A DNA stretch of 64,000 nucleotides from Octopus sinensis. Taxonomy: Eukaryota. The position numbers and the translations under genes are program-made. Where the stretch lies: positions 53,878,001 through 53,942,000 of the forward strand of contig NC_043007.1 in NCBI RefSeq assembly GCF_006345805.1, read 5' to 3'. Numbering within the stretch: position 1 is the first letter of the stretch; each line of letters starts with the position of its first letter. The notes beneath the pieces are model-generated. The model worked only from the letters and a program-made list of their open reading frames with translations. It did not search any database and had not been told where the DNA came from. Positions 38,069 through 50,479 of this stretch are shown here, one piece after another.

Positions 38069-39678
38069 GAATACACGATGGTTGATGAATACACGAGAGG
38101 CGAGATGGGTAATGGATAAATTAGTTAAAATAATTAGATAGATATAGAAATTAGTTAAAAATAGTTTGATAGATAAGAAAGCATGTATGATTGATGGGAA
38201 GTGAAATAATAAATAAGCATTCAACTTATCTTTTAGATGAATGAATGAATGAAAGAGCAGAAGTTTGGGGCTGCGTTTTTTTTTTTTAAATAAAGATTGT
38301 CCGGAGGAAGAAGGCGCGAATACACGATGGTTGATGAATACACGAGAGGCGAGATGGGTAATGGATAAATTAGTTAAAATAATTAGATAGATATAGAAAT
38401 TAGTTAAAAATAGTTAGATAGATAAGAAAGCATGTATGATTGATGGGAAGTGAATAATAAATAAGCATTCAACTTATCTGTTAGATGAATGAATGAATGA
38501 AAGAGCAGAAGTTTGGGGCTGCGTTTTTTTTTTTTAAATAAAGATTGTCCGGAGGAAGAAGGCGCGAATACACGATGGTCGATGAATACACGAGAGGCGA
38601 GATGGGTAATGGATAAATTAGTTAAAATAATTAGATAGATATAGAAATTAGTTAAAAATAGTTAGATAGATAAGAAAGCATGTATGATTGATGGGGAAGT
38701 GAAATAATAAATAAGCATTCAACTTATCTGTTAGATGAATGAATGAATGTAAGAGCAGAAGTTTGGGGCTGCGTTTTTTTTTTTTTAAATAAAGATTGTC
38801 CGGAGGAAGAAGGCGCGAATACACGATGGTTGATGAATACACGAGAGGCGAGATGGGTAATGGATAAATTAGTTAAAATAATTAGATAGATATAGAAATT
38901 AGTTAAAAATAGTTAGATAGATAGGAAAGCATGTATGATTGATGGGGAAGTGAAATAATAAATAAGCATTCAACTTATCTGTTAAATGGATGAATGAATG
39001 AAAGAGCAGAAGTTTGGGGCTGCGTTTTTTTTTTTTAAATAAAGATTATCCGGAGGAAGAAGGCGCGAATACACGATGGTTGATGAATACACGAGAGGCG
39101 AGATGGGTAATGGATAAATTAGTTAAAATAATTAGATAGATATAGAAATTAGTTTTAAAAATAGTTAGATAGATAAGAGCATGTATGATTGATGGGGAAG
39201 TGAAATAATAAATAAGCATTCAACTTATCTGTTAGATGAATGAATGAATGAAAGAGCAGAAGTTTGGGGCTGCGTTTTTTTTTTTTTTTAAATAAAGATT
39301 ATCCGGAGGAAGAAGGCGCGAATACACGATGGTTGATGAATACACGAGAGGCGAGATGGGTAATGGATAAATTAGTTAAAATAATTAGATAGATATAGAA
39401 ATTAGTTAAAAATAGTTAGATAGATAAGAAAGCATGTATGATTGATGGGGAAGTGAAATAATAAATAAGCATTCAACTTATCTGTTAGATGAATGAATGA
39501 ATGAAAGAGCAGAAGTTTGGGGCTGCGTTTTTTTTTTTTAAATAAAGATTGTCCGAGGAAGAAGGCGCGAATACACATGGTTGATGAATACACGAGAGGC
39601 GAGATGGGTAAGGGATAAATTAGTTAAAAAATTAGATAGATATAGAAATTAGTTAAAAAGAGTTAGATAGATAAGAAA
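38069..39678. repeat. Tandem array, about 250-bp unit, 6.4 copies
   Basis: Unit starts gaatacacgatgg at 38069, 38318, 38566, 38817, 39067, 39320, 39569; copies differ mainly in homopolymer length. Confidence 0.95.
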
Positions 39679-39834
39679 TATATATATATTTATATATACA
39701 ATATATATATATATAGTTATATATACATATATATATATATATTTATATATACATATATATATATATATTTATATACATATATATATATAATATAATTTAT
39801 ATATACATATATATATATATTTATATATACATAT

Positions 39835-41110
39835 CATCATCATCGTTTAACGTCCGTTCTCCATGCTAGCATGGGTTGGACGGTTCGACCGGGGATCTGG
39901 GAAGCCAGAAGGCTGCACCAGGTTCTAGTCTTATCTGGCAATGTTTGTATGCCAACCACTCCATGAGTGTAGTGGGTGCTTTTTATGTGCCACCTGCGCT
40001 GGTGCCAAGCGAGGCTGGCATCGGCCATGGTTGGATTGGTGCATTTTACCTGCCACCTGCACGGAAGCCAGTCGAGGCGGCACTGGCTTTGGCCACGAAT
40101 CGGATGGTGCTTTTTACGTGCCACCGACACGGAAGCCAGTCCAGGCGGCGCTGGCATCGGCCACAATTTGGATAGTGCTTTTTACGTATCTCCAGTCCAG
40201 GGGTCCTGGCATCTGCCGGGTGCCAGTCATAGGATTGGTTCAATTTCGATTCCGATTTCTCTTGCCCCAACAGGTGCCTGTCGTCGGATGAGGTTCGATA
40301 TCGACTTCGCTTGCCTCAACAGGTCTTTGTGTGTCCAAGGGAGGAAAGGCATGCATTAGTGGGCTGGACTCACTTGTCCTGCCTAGTCTTTTCACACAAA
40401 GGTCTCGGTCGCTGGTCATTTCCTCAGTGAGACCTAAAGTTCGAAGGTCGTGCTTCACCACCTCGCCCCAAGTTTTCCTGGGTCTACCTCTTCCACGGGT
40501 TCCCTCCACTGCTAGGGATTGGCACTTTTTCACACACCTATCTTCATCCATTCTCGCCACATGACCATACCAGCGCAATCATCTCTCTTGGACACCACAA
40601 CTGATGCTCCTTAGGTCCAACATTTCTCTCAGGGTACTAACGTTCTGTCGAGCATGCACACTGACATTACACATCCATCGGAGCATACTGGCTTCATTTC
40701 TCGCGAGCTTACGCATGTCCTCAGCAGTCACGGCCCATGTTTCACTGCCATGTAGCATGGCTGTTCGTACACATGCATCATACAGTCTGCCTTTTACACT
40801 GAGCGAGAGGCCTTTAGTCACCAGCAGTGGTAAGAGCTCCCTAAACTTTGCCCAGGCTATTCTTACTCTAGCCGTTACACTTTCAGCACACCCACCCCCA
40901 CTATTGACTTTGTCACCAAGATAACGGAAGCTATCAACTACTTCTAGTTTTTCCCCCTGGAAAGTGACGGAAGTTGTTTTCTGCAGATTTTCAGAGGTTA
41001 ATGCTCCCGAGCATCTGCCACATACAAAAACCATCTTCCTAGTTAGCCTTCCTTTGACATTGCTGCACCTCTTATGTGTCCATAGCTTACACTTGGTGCA
41101 TCTTATAGAG
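39835..41110 (-). mobile_element. RTE LINE 3' part
   Basis: ORFs 40579-41202 and 40240-40578 (CTKCKLWTHKRC..FVCGRC finger, YLGD, LHGSETW, RWYGHVARM, GRGRPRKTW); 3' UTR and (GAT)n tail. Confidence 0.92.
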
Positions 41111-41261
41111 TTATATATATGTATATATATATATATACATATACACACATATACATGCACACACATATACATATTCGTACATACACATATTAACACATAC
41201 ATACACCTTCATATTTGTATACAAATACAGAATTAGGTGAGCACATATATCTATATATATA

Positions 41262-41314
<53 letters not shown>

Positions 41315-42762
41315 TTATATATACATACATACATACACATACACATTTATATATTCACTTTTATGAGTCTGACATGTTGAATATATACAAGCAAATAAAG
41401 GATTAATACATTTATTAATGAAAGAAGCTTGTAATTGGGAGAAGAAATGTGTAGCTTATTAAAGTTTAAAAGAAGTTGAATCAAAATGAAATTAAAATTA
41501 CAAAATTAAAATGCAAAATACATTATTTTACGTAATGCGAATATAAATCAGTGGGTTTTGTTGAACCCTTGCAAGTCTAAATATATGTGTTTGATAAGGC
41601 AACAAAAATCATTTCAGTATTTAAAAAAGAGAGCATAAATTAATGAATAGTGATAATAATAAGAACTTTGGATATCTTTAAAGATACTTGGACAATGGAC
41701 AAATGGTTGATTTTCATTTCTGGACATACATTTGAAAGGTTCAGTCACCCACCTGTAATTTTTTAAGAATATAGTCAGCAATATAGGAAGGTGCATATAA
41801 TCAGTATATTTGGACAAGACAGCATTTCGAATTGCTGTGCCATACTACAAATCTTTTTGTTACTATATTTCTGACCAAAATACACTCCTCATGAGTTTCA
41901 ATTAAATTCTAAAATAATCCTGAATTTAGACTAGTTTTATTAAATAACTTTAACTTTTTTACTTATCAACATATTAATGTGACTTTTGGAATGCAACTGA
42001 AGAAAATTTTGTTAATCACTTCTATTGCATAACTTTTGTCTCAAAGCAACTCTAATTACAGGTAAATTGGGCAAAATATATAAATTTTGTTTAAATATCA
42101 CCATCTGGGTATGGAACAAAATTTTTAATATAAAAGAATTGTGCACATCACTAGTTTATCAGTTAAATTTAATGCACATAAGAACAGGTAAAGGTGAAAT
42201 AAAATGAAATAATGGAATTTATTTTTGAAGAAAACTAGAAAATTAAATACATCAATTAAATGAAATATACTCACACACGTACATGAATACACAAGAACAT
42301 ATATAAATAGAAATTAAATCAAAACTTGTCACTCACCTCACAGGCAAATTAAAATTACAAGTAAATAACAAGTAAAAATGAAGTAAATTTGAATAATATT
42401 TATACAATTTATTCATACATATATATAATATTTACACAATATTTTTATCATGGAAACTTGTAAAACATCCCACTCTACATACTGCAACCTTGCAGAATGC
42501 ACATTGGAAAGAAGTTTCAACTGGCCGACTGCTGGGGGTTTTCCTTTGCTGATGTAGACATTCACAGTACTGCCTTTTGTGACCCCCAATTTTTTCTAAT
42601 TTATGGAGATCGGCTGAACTCAGAGGGATATCTCTCTGGCAGGTTTTGTTTTTCCTTCCTACAGTTATGTTTCTGGGGGAATAACCTGCCCTCAACTGCA
42701 TTGCTACATCTACTCAGAACTGCAGGTGGCCGCATTGCATGCGAGCCCCTCCTGATTTGGTA

Positions 42763-43184
42763 TCTCTCTCTATATAAACGGCAGTTTGTCTGTCTGTGTG
42801 TCTGTCAGGTTGTACCCTCACCCTGACCACGGCTTTCAACCGATTCTGATGAAACTTGACACACACATAGCCCAATGTCATAATTCAAAACTAACGCAGC
42901 GAAAATTTTGAAAAGTTCTCCCAGTTCTGAAAAATAATCGATAAATTCGACATGGGGTGGAGAATCTAAGCTTTTTATGTGCAACACATTTTCTGTCTAG
43001 GGGACACAACTCGACAGCTAGAGACAGCTAGGAACATCGTATACACAGAAGTATTCGAGTGAAGAGAATACATTGCAACCTACACATGCGCCTCCGTTCC
43101 TTAGAGAGAAAGGACTAGATTGGGATTAGTCGTTGCCTACTAGGAGCTCTTACATACCCGGGAAACGCCGGGCTATGCTGCTAG
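42763..43184 (+). mobile_element. Non-autonomous Helitron (422 bp)
   Basis: A|TC 5' end, hairpin cccgggaaacgccggg, CTAG|T 3' end, no TSD; removing it restores piggyBac NAFILYTKS. Confidence 0.92.
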
Positions 43185-44275
43185 TATAATATAAATGCAT
43201 TTACAAAGCTAATGTTTATTATATACCAAACCAGGTATTGCCACCATTTATTACCCGGTCTACCAACTGGATAATAACTCATTTGGTTCAGCTGATCTAC
43301 ACCCCACCATGTACCTGTTAGATGGAACATTTATCTGCCTCTTATCTCTGTATGTGGTCCCTTGCAGATTTCCTTTCTGTTGTTGGATTATTTCACCTTT
43401 TTTTTTATATCCAACAGCAGCCCTTTACTACTAGCAATTACTGTAGCACACTTATACATTGTCTCAGCTTCTAAATCCACCACAAGTTTGACTGAACTAA
43501 AAAAATTGGGCAAAAAATAGTAATAGCCCTCTTTATGGTATGGAAATGATAAATTCCAGACCACATCTTACCCTAGGCCATGCTGACTAACATAATTGTC
43601 TCTTTTCTCAGTATAAAAACTAAACCCTCAGCAAATTTTCCAAATTTTGATCCCTCACTTCGTGGGCTTTCTGGGTATATACTATCAGAAGTGCGCCCTT
43701 CCTTTATACCCCACCATGCCCTTATCGACAGATAAGTATCTGTGAGAGTTGTAAAGTGTTTTGTATGCATTTCGAATGCTGTTAATGAGGGGGTCTTATC
43801 TTTATATATATAAAACTGAGAATGTGTGTCTGTGTGTTTCCCTAAAACTTGAGAACTACACAACCAATTTCATTCAAATTTTACACATGCCTTACTTAGG
43901 GTCCATGAAGTTTCATGGGCAAAAAAAAGTTCAACTTCTTGCCTAGAGCGAGCCCATAGCAATATCATATCTTCTCCACTATTTCAGTATTACGTGTTAA
44001 AAGTGAAACAAAAACATTTCTCTATTTTATATCAGATACTTTCACTTTAACAATAAAAATAATAATAACAATTAAATTATATGTAGTAAGTAATAATTAA
44101 AATCAAACTAAAGTATAATATAATGGTAACATAACAAAAGTAAAAATAGCAATTGGTATAAAATTGCATCAATGACTTGAACTTGAATAAGTGGTTTCAC
44201 ATGAATGGGAATAAATTAAAAATAAAATTAGCGTGCAGAAATGGAATAGTCCAGATGGATAATAAAAAATTAAAT

Positions 44276-44548
44276 TGTAGTATGAATGGTGAAAAGAGTA
44301 CAACAGAACAAGGAAGGAATGGAAATGTAATTGGGTCTTACCTGGTCGGAGATGAACTCGGATCGCCTTTAGCCAACTAGCTCGTGTCGCGTCTTCGTCG
44401 TGTCTGGTGCAACTGTTCGATGCCGCACGTGCGTTCTGTCTGTCACTTCCGCTTCCGTCGGCGCATGCGCCCTGCAAGACCTGCAAGACCTGCAAGCCCC
44501 ACTTCCGCTCTCCCCCATTCCGTCACACTCCTTCACCATCACACCACA
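44276..44548 (-). repeat. 3' LTR (273 bp)
   Basis: Differs from the 5' LTR by about 7 substitutions and one 9-bp duplication (manual count). Confidence 0.95.
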
Positions 44549-44584
44549 CGCCCTCCTGATCTATAGATCACTGAACCGGCTTCC

Positions 44585-47437
44585 TCACTCGCTCCCGTAC
44601 CTGAAACTGGTTTCATAATCAGCCAACCAGGGAGGAGGGTGCCGCTCCCTCTGTGGTCGCAGTATGACCCTAGGACTTGTTTCTGGTGTGTTGCTGCCGA
44701 CCTCGTCATCCTGTCTGTTGTTTTCATCTTGCCCATTGCTGCTTGTCCCATCCTCTGGGGCATGGACAATCCTCCGAATGTCCAAAACGTGGCGTGGCAT
44801 ACCATTGACCGAGATGTTATTCTTTGAATTTACAGAGGTTATTGTCCCCTTTCCCCATTGCGATGCACACCGTGCGTTTGGGGGTTTTACCCAGACTTCC
44901 TCCCCGACCTGCACGAAGGCGTGCTCTTCCTCTGCCCCGGGTCGCATTGATGTAGTACACGGATGCCTCCACTCGTACCTGAATATTGCCCTGTGTGGCA
45001 CCGACTCCTCAGCCTGTCCTGATCTGGGCGACATATTGTACCAAAACACGGCCTCGACTGGTGAAATGTGACCCCTCTCTGCCATGGCCTTGATGGTACG
45101 ATGATGCCTTTCCACCACCCCGTTTCCACTTGGCCGGTATGCCGCCCTGAAGAAGCGGTTGACCTTCCACTCATCAAGCATTTCTCTCAGCACATGCGAG
45201 CGAAACGCAGTGCCATTGTCCAGAAGCAGTTCATCCACGGGGCCTCGTTCCAGGAATATCTCATTCAACACTTTCACAATTTCTTCTGCGGTTCCCGACT
45301 TTATCTCCCTCCATATGGCGAACCGCCCCGGTCCGCAGTCAACCATTGAGAGGTATGTCCCCTGCCGGTAGTGTGTTATGTCCACCGCCAGTCGTCTCCA
45401 GTCCTGGTCCACTGGAATACTTCCCGCTTCATGCACGACCGGAGCAGGGTCAATGGACTGGCACCTGTCACAACTGCTAATCACTCTCTGCACGCTCCGT
45501 CTTGTTACATCAGAGTCAACTTTTCTGTCTAGGAACAATGTCCTGTCCACACCCATGTGATGCATGGTATGCAGTCTCCGCAACTCCGAGTCGCTCAGAC
45601 GGCATACTGCAGCTACATCCTGCTTCGCATCCTCTGGCACCTGCAACCAGGACGTCTGCCCTGTTCTTCTCGGAAGGCACAAAGATCACGCTCAGCTTCA
45701 GATTGAACTCAGTGGTTAGTTCACACAGTATTCCTAATCGACGCTTTACCAGCATCTCTGCAACCCCTTTGGTCCGCACCCTCCGCTCATCGGTGATGAC
45801 TGCTGTCGCCCAACCAAGTACAGTGGCTGAATCAGTCCTGATTTCTATGGTGTGCAACCCCCACTTCAAGGCTAGGTTCACCCCCTTCAGCACGGCTTCC
45901 AACTCCCCCACGTTGATATGATTGCAGTCATCCATCTTCCTGAGCCAGGCCGCATCTTCCACCGTGACACCTCCCACTTCCAAGACGACCCCTATTGCGA
46001 TGCTACTGGCGTCACACCATACGATCCCGCTCTTTGATTTGGGATTATACCAGCTGCCCCTCACCGGGTCCTCTGCTCCTACTCTGACCAAGACTTCCTG
46101 CATCATGTCGATTGTCCTCTCCCCCACTTTATCATTCCACTTCACTCCTTCGGCTCATCTCTTGATGAAGCTACATGCTGTCCGGAGCCAGCCTGCAATC
46201 GGGTAGTGTCCCACCAGCTTCCCACACACAGAGAACAGTTCCCGTCTACTCATGCTGGCGCCCAGTTCAGGGACCTCATTCCCTCGCCGGAACACCAAGG
46301 CGCCGGCCTTGTCTCTCCATAGCTTGAGGCCCAGTGCAGCACCTCCCTCCATAGCCTCTGGCGGCTTGGCGATCAGTCCAAAACTCTTCAGGGGCCTATG
46401 ACCTTCGTTGCTGGTATCACGGTTTCATCCACCAGAATGTCGTCGATGTATGAATTGGTGGCCCTTTTTACTCTGTCCACCTTCCCCAGGATGGCCTTGA
46501 GAATTGTTGCCATAATCTTCGGCGCTGAATTCAGCCCGAATCCCAACCTGGTCAGACAGTACGTCCGGCCCCTATACCTGACGAGCTGGTACTTCCATAT
46601 TTTCTCAGCCACATGCACCTGAAGGTATGCCGACTTTAAATCGACAATCGTGGAGGCCCCCGTCATCTGCCTCCACTCTCGCAAGGTGTCTCCGCAGACA
46701 TCCGTGGCCTCGCCGCCTGTATGACACGACACGTGGTCATTCAGTTCTCGGAAGTCGAGCACTGGCCTGACCTTACGCTTTGTGGGCTGTATCACCGCCA
46801 TCAGTGGCAGGACTCCGCTCTCTTCTTTTTCCCTGGGGATCAGTATGCCCTCCTTAATCCACCACTCCACCTCCCCCTCGAACTCACTTCTGGCATCTCC
46901 TTTTAGAGTATGCTGATAGCAGCCCACTTTATTCTTTAACATCGGGGGCTCTCCCTTCCAGTGCCACTCCACTGTCCACCTCTCGCCATCAAAGACAGCC
47001 CGAAAATCCTGGTCTTCAATGGTGTGCGCCGCATCCTTTTCCTCACGGTTGTTGTCGGTGCGCAAGCTCGCCCTACACGGCTTCCCCGCTAACCCAAACG
47101 TTACGCCAGCCTCGTTGACGGTGACACCTCCCAAACGGGTAATTGCATCCATCCCCATCACCACGTCGATCTCGTCCACCAAGTGACCAACCACAATTTC
47201 TCGCAACATCAGCTGTAGTCCCTGCACCACAATCTGCGCATCGGTAACCCCTTCGCAGTGCACTTCTCTTCCGTCAACTGCCCTAACACTGCTTCCTCCA
47301 CTCCACGTCTCTGCCACTTCTGTGGTCATCAGAGTCGTCGTACAGCCCGCGTCCACCAGGGCTCGCGACATCTTCCCCTTCACCAGAATGTCGACCACAG
47401 GTAACGATGATAAACGCGCCGCTACTAATCCAAAGGG
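44585..47437 (-). pseudogene. pol: Gypsy pol (protease, RT, RNase H, integrase), two frameshifts and one in-frame stop
   Basis: LVDAGC (protease motif altered), VLDFRELN, DLKSAY, FGLNSAP, YIDD, CDAS..ELEAV..TDS, HH-CC finger, AVD..LDNG..GVVER. Confidence 0.93.
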
Positions 47438-48180
47438 ATAACTACCGGTGCAGTAGTCTCCCGCGGTCCGTTTCCCCGCAGACACTCGCTGGCTACATGC
47501 CCTGGCTCTCGACACCGGTAGCAAACCACCTCTCGCTTGGGCGACGCGCAGTCGCGGACCATGTGTGGGCCTTGGCACCGGAAACACTGTCCTTTGAACG
47601 ATCGCACGCGTTCTTTCCTCAGCCCCTCTCCGTTGCTCCTAGCTGGGCCACTTTTCGACGTTACAGTCGCTGCTACCGACGTCAACCTGCTGCACGAAAC
47701 CAGTGCACATGCCCGCGATATGATATCGGCCATCGGCATCGAACGCACGTTCGGGAGCTTCTGTAGCTCGACCGACATGATGTCAGGAAAGCCGGTCACG
47801 AACACTAACCTAACCGTCCGTTCTAGCGACTCTCCCTCATATCCCGCCAGTTTAGCCAACCTTCTAAGCTCACCGGCGAACACGTCCACCTGTTGTCCGG
47901 TCCATCTCATTCTACCCAGCCGAGCGTACGCTTCAAATATTCCTTCCGCGAAGGGCTCCATAAGTCAGATCTCCACTTTATCTTCGCTGAGTTGGTCCGT
48001 CTCCTCCATCTCTAAATATAACGCCAAGGCCGGGCCATCCAAATACAACGGCATAAAACTAGCCAGGTCAGCTATACCGTGGAGCTTCGCCACCAACTTT
48101 ACCCTCTTCAACCAAGCGACCACATCGGTGTCGCCGCAAAACGGTGTTATAGGCTCGCGTGAAACCATAGCACTCTGCAT
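47425..48180 (-). pseudogene. gag: Gypsy gag with two zinc knuckles; one in-frame TGA
   Basis: ORFs 47965-48180 and 47425-47961 are in frame across TGA; knuckles CFRCQGPHMVRDC and CYRCREPGHVASEC. Confidence 0.9.
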
Positions 48181-48240
48181 AATTTTCTATTTTTATTTTT
48201 ACAAAACCGAGTGATTATTTGCCGGTCCCAGTGATTATTT

Positions 48241-48252
48241 GCCGAAATAGCT
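48241..48252 (-). other. Non-canonical primer-binding site AGCTATTTCGGC
   Basis: Abuts the 5' LTR. The plus strand reads GCCGAAATAGCT, equal to nt 1-12 of human/Drosophila tRNA-Phe(GAA) as recalled from memory. Confidence 0.75.
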
Positions 48253-48516
48253 TGTAGTATGAATGATGAAAAGCGTACAACAGAACAAGGAAGGAATGGA
48301 AATGTAATTGGGTCTTACCTGGTCGGAGATGAACTCGGATCGCCTTTAGCCAACTAGCTTGTGTCGCGTCTTCGTTGTGTCTGGTGCAACTGGTCGATGC
48401 CACACGTGCGTTCTGTCTGTCACTTCCGCTTCCGTCGGCGCATGCGCCCTGCAGGACCTGCAAGCCCCACTTCCGCTCTCCCCCATTCCGTCACACTCCT
48501 TCACCATCACACCACA
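48253..48516 (-). repeat. 5' LTR (264 bp)
   Basis: TGTGGTGTGA..CATACTACA on the minus strand. Confidence 0.95.
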
Positions 48517-49795
48517 TAAATTAAAGAAAAGACTATTGTCTATAAAGTATACAATGTAGAGAAAAAAGAAGATTTGAACACATGGAGGAAAGCACCTTCG
48601 AAAAGTGTCTTGGTGCGACTATGAAAGATATCTAATCAGAGGCGGTAAATTCGCCACAATAGAAGCAAAGTTCGAGTCAATGGAGCGTGCAAGGGAGTAC
48701 TCGACTCAAACTTGCAAAGTGGAAATATTTTATTTTTATTTTATATCTTGGACGTAGGACGTCCCGGAAAAAAATTTTTAATGCAGAACCCCCCCCCCCC
48801 CTCGCCCCACGAAGTAGAGGTAGGCTGGATTGTAGCCACACTTCTATACAAGAGGGAGGACAAGATACAATTGATCGAAATTACAAGAGACGGGCTAACA
48901 GTTCCAGTCTGTTATATATTTTGAGTATTGTTATCACTAGCGATATCAAAATATAATTTTGTATTTTATGTGTAGATGTATATATATAGATGTACATGTA
49001 ATATGTACACATATATATACACATATATACATGCTCTAGCACTATGACCTGGCAACGACGGGTCTTTAATGCTAGTTTTAAATTAGCGATCAAAGTTTGG
49101 TTCTCCATATACTGGGGTACTGCTAGTGTCTCTTACATGTAAATACTGGTTCAATTTCACGAATCGTGTTTGTGACATAATACTGGAATTGTACTTATCT
49201 CCAAAAGGTTCCTGATTGCTCCTGTTATTTGTAACCCTGGGTCTTACACCCATAATAATATTTATGGCAAAAAATGCCTGTATTTCTTCTATGGTTGTGG
49301 GAAACCACAAGCTATCTTTTTTCCAATTTTGTTTATATTCTGCGTAATGGTTTGTTTCTGCAGTGATGGCTTCAAACAAGCTTACTGGAAAAAATAAGAA
49401 AATAAAAATATCTAACAGTTTCGCTTCCTGAGAAAGACTAGGAGTAGACCCTGTCTCCTCAGAAACATTGTTAATAAAAATATTATTTTTTAACTTTGTA
49501 CTCCATTCTGGTGTAAAATTGTCCTCACTGTCACTATCACCACTTTTAGTTTCAGAATTGCTTTCAGTTTCGGATAGAGAAATATCCAATTCATTCTCAA
49601 ATATCACATGCTTTTGTACTTCACTCATTCTTTTTCTACTTATCTCCATATTTTCTGTTGAAAAGCCCTCAAATTCAGAATCAATCAACCAACAAAGCAA
49701 AAACAATTAGTAATGTCAACAGTGCTGAAATGAATAACAAACCTAAATGCAACTTCAAAGACTAAAGCTTCTGTCACTTAGAAGGAAATTGTTTA

Positions 49796-49930
49796 GTGAA
49801 AGGAATTGTTTATAGGGCTCAAGTTCAAATGGACAATACAGGTGCATATAAAACCTACATAGGTGCTATGAAAAATTCCTTCAAAACCAGATTATATTCT
49901 CATAGAAATTCCCTCGAAAATTCCAGATCT
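49796..49930 (+). mobile_element. Penelope-like GIY-YIG fragment
   Basis: IVYRAQV..YKTYIGAMKNSFKTRLYSHRNS. Confidence 0.65.
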
Positions 49931-50008
49931 TCATTTGTTTTGTTACTTGCTATCTTATCCAAATGTTCTATTGTTTCCTCTACTGTAGCCCTAATTCTCA
50001 AAAATTTC

Positions 50009-50042
<34 letters not shown>

Positions 50043-50479
50043 CTCTCTTTCCTTCCCTCTCTCCTTCTCTCAGTTTTGTTACCCCCTATATTTTCATTTG
50101 CCCATACTATGTCTGTATCCTTGCTTTCCCATGCTGATTGTTAATCAGCAGCTTTTGCTTTGTTTGTGGATATGTTACATCACCTTTAGCTAAGGAACAG
50201 GGCATCCTTAGTGTTTCGTCATTCGTAGTGTGCCCTCCCAACCCGCACCCACCACTTGTACCAGAGGTCTTTCTCCTCTAACCTCTATTAGAAGTCTTTC
50301 TCCTCTATATGGAACGCTCTTCCCCTTCCCTTTCATCCCTATGTAGTGTCTATCTCCTGGTAAACCTAGTGACTGTGAAGCAAATAAAATGATGGTGAGG
50401 TGTATACAGGTTGAAACTTATTTGTATTTTTACAATGTCTCCCAAACGCACATGTGAGCTTTCTTTTCAGATGCAAAAT

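Larger units (their letters stand above)
44276..48516 (-). mobile_element. Full-length Ty3/Gypsy LTR retrotransposon (4241 bp), decayed copy
   Basis: TG..CA LTRs; 5-bp TSD TAAAT (44271-44275 and 48517-48521); order gag-PR-RT-RH-INT; purine-rich tract AGGAGGGCG next to the 3' LTR. Confidence 0.97.
43799..49075 (+). mobile_element. Non-autonomous Helitron (about 1 kb) carrying the Gypsy insertion
   Basis: A|TC at 43798/43799, hairpin cctggcaacgacggg, CTAG|T at 49072-49076; removing it restores piggyBac FDR*FKIRPLI. Confidence 0.9.
42432..49710 (-). mobile_element. piggyBac (PGBD4-like) transposase relic split by nested insertions
   Basis: N-terminus 49083-49706 (TNHYA, TTIEEIQAFF, MSQTRF); middle 43185-43798 (SVDKGMVGYKGR, KPTK*GIKIW, YMVGVDQ, KWWQYL); C-terminal cysteine-rich domain 42432-42762 (ETSFQCAFCKVAVCRVGCFTSFH). 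Confidence 0.9.

Noticed and set aside
38069-39678. 250-bp array as CRISPR or 5S/snRNA cluster
   Set aside because: Units are wholly identical with no unique spacers, and I recognise no known RNA gene in them.
48241-48360. Tf1-type self-priming of the Gypsy element
   Set aside because: The LTR contains no complement of the PBS; the similar stretch near 48349 is in direct, not inverted, orientation.
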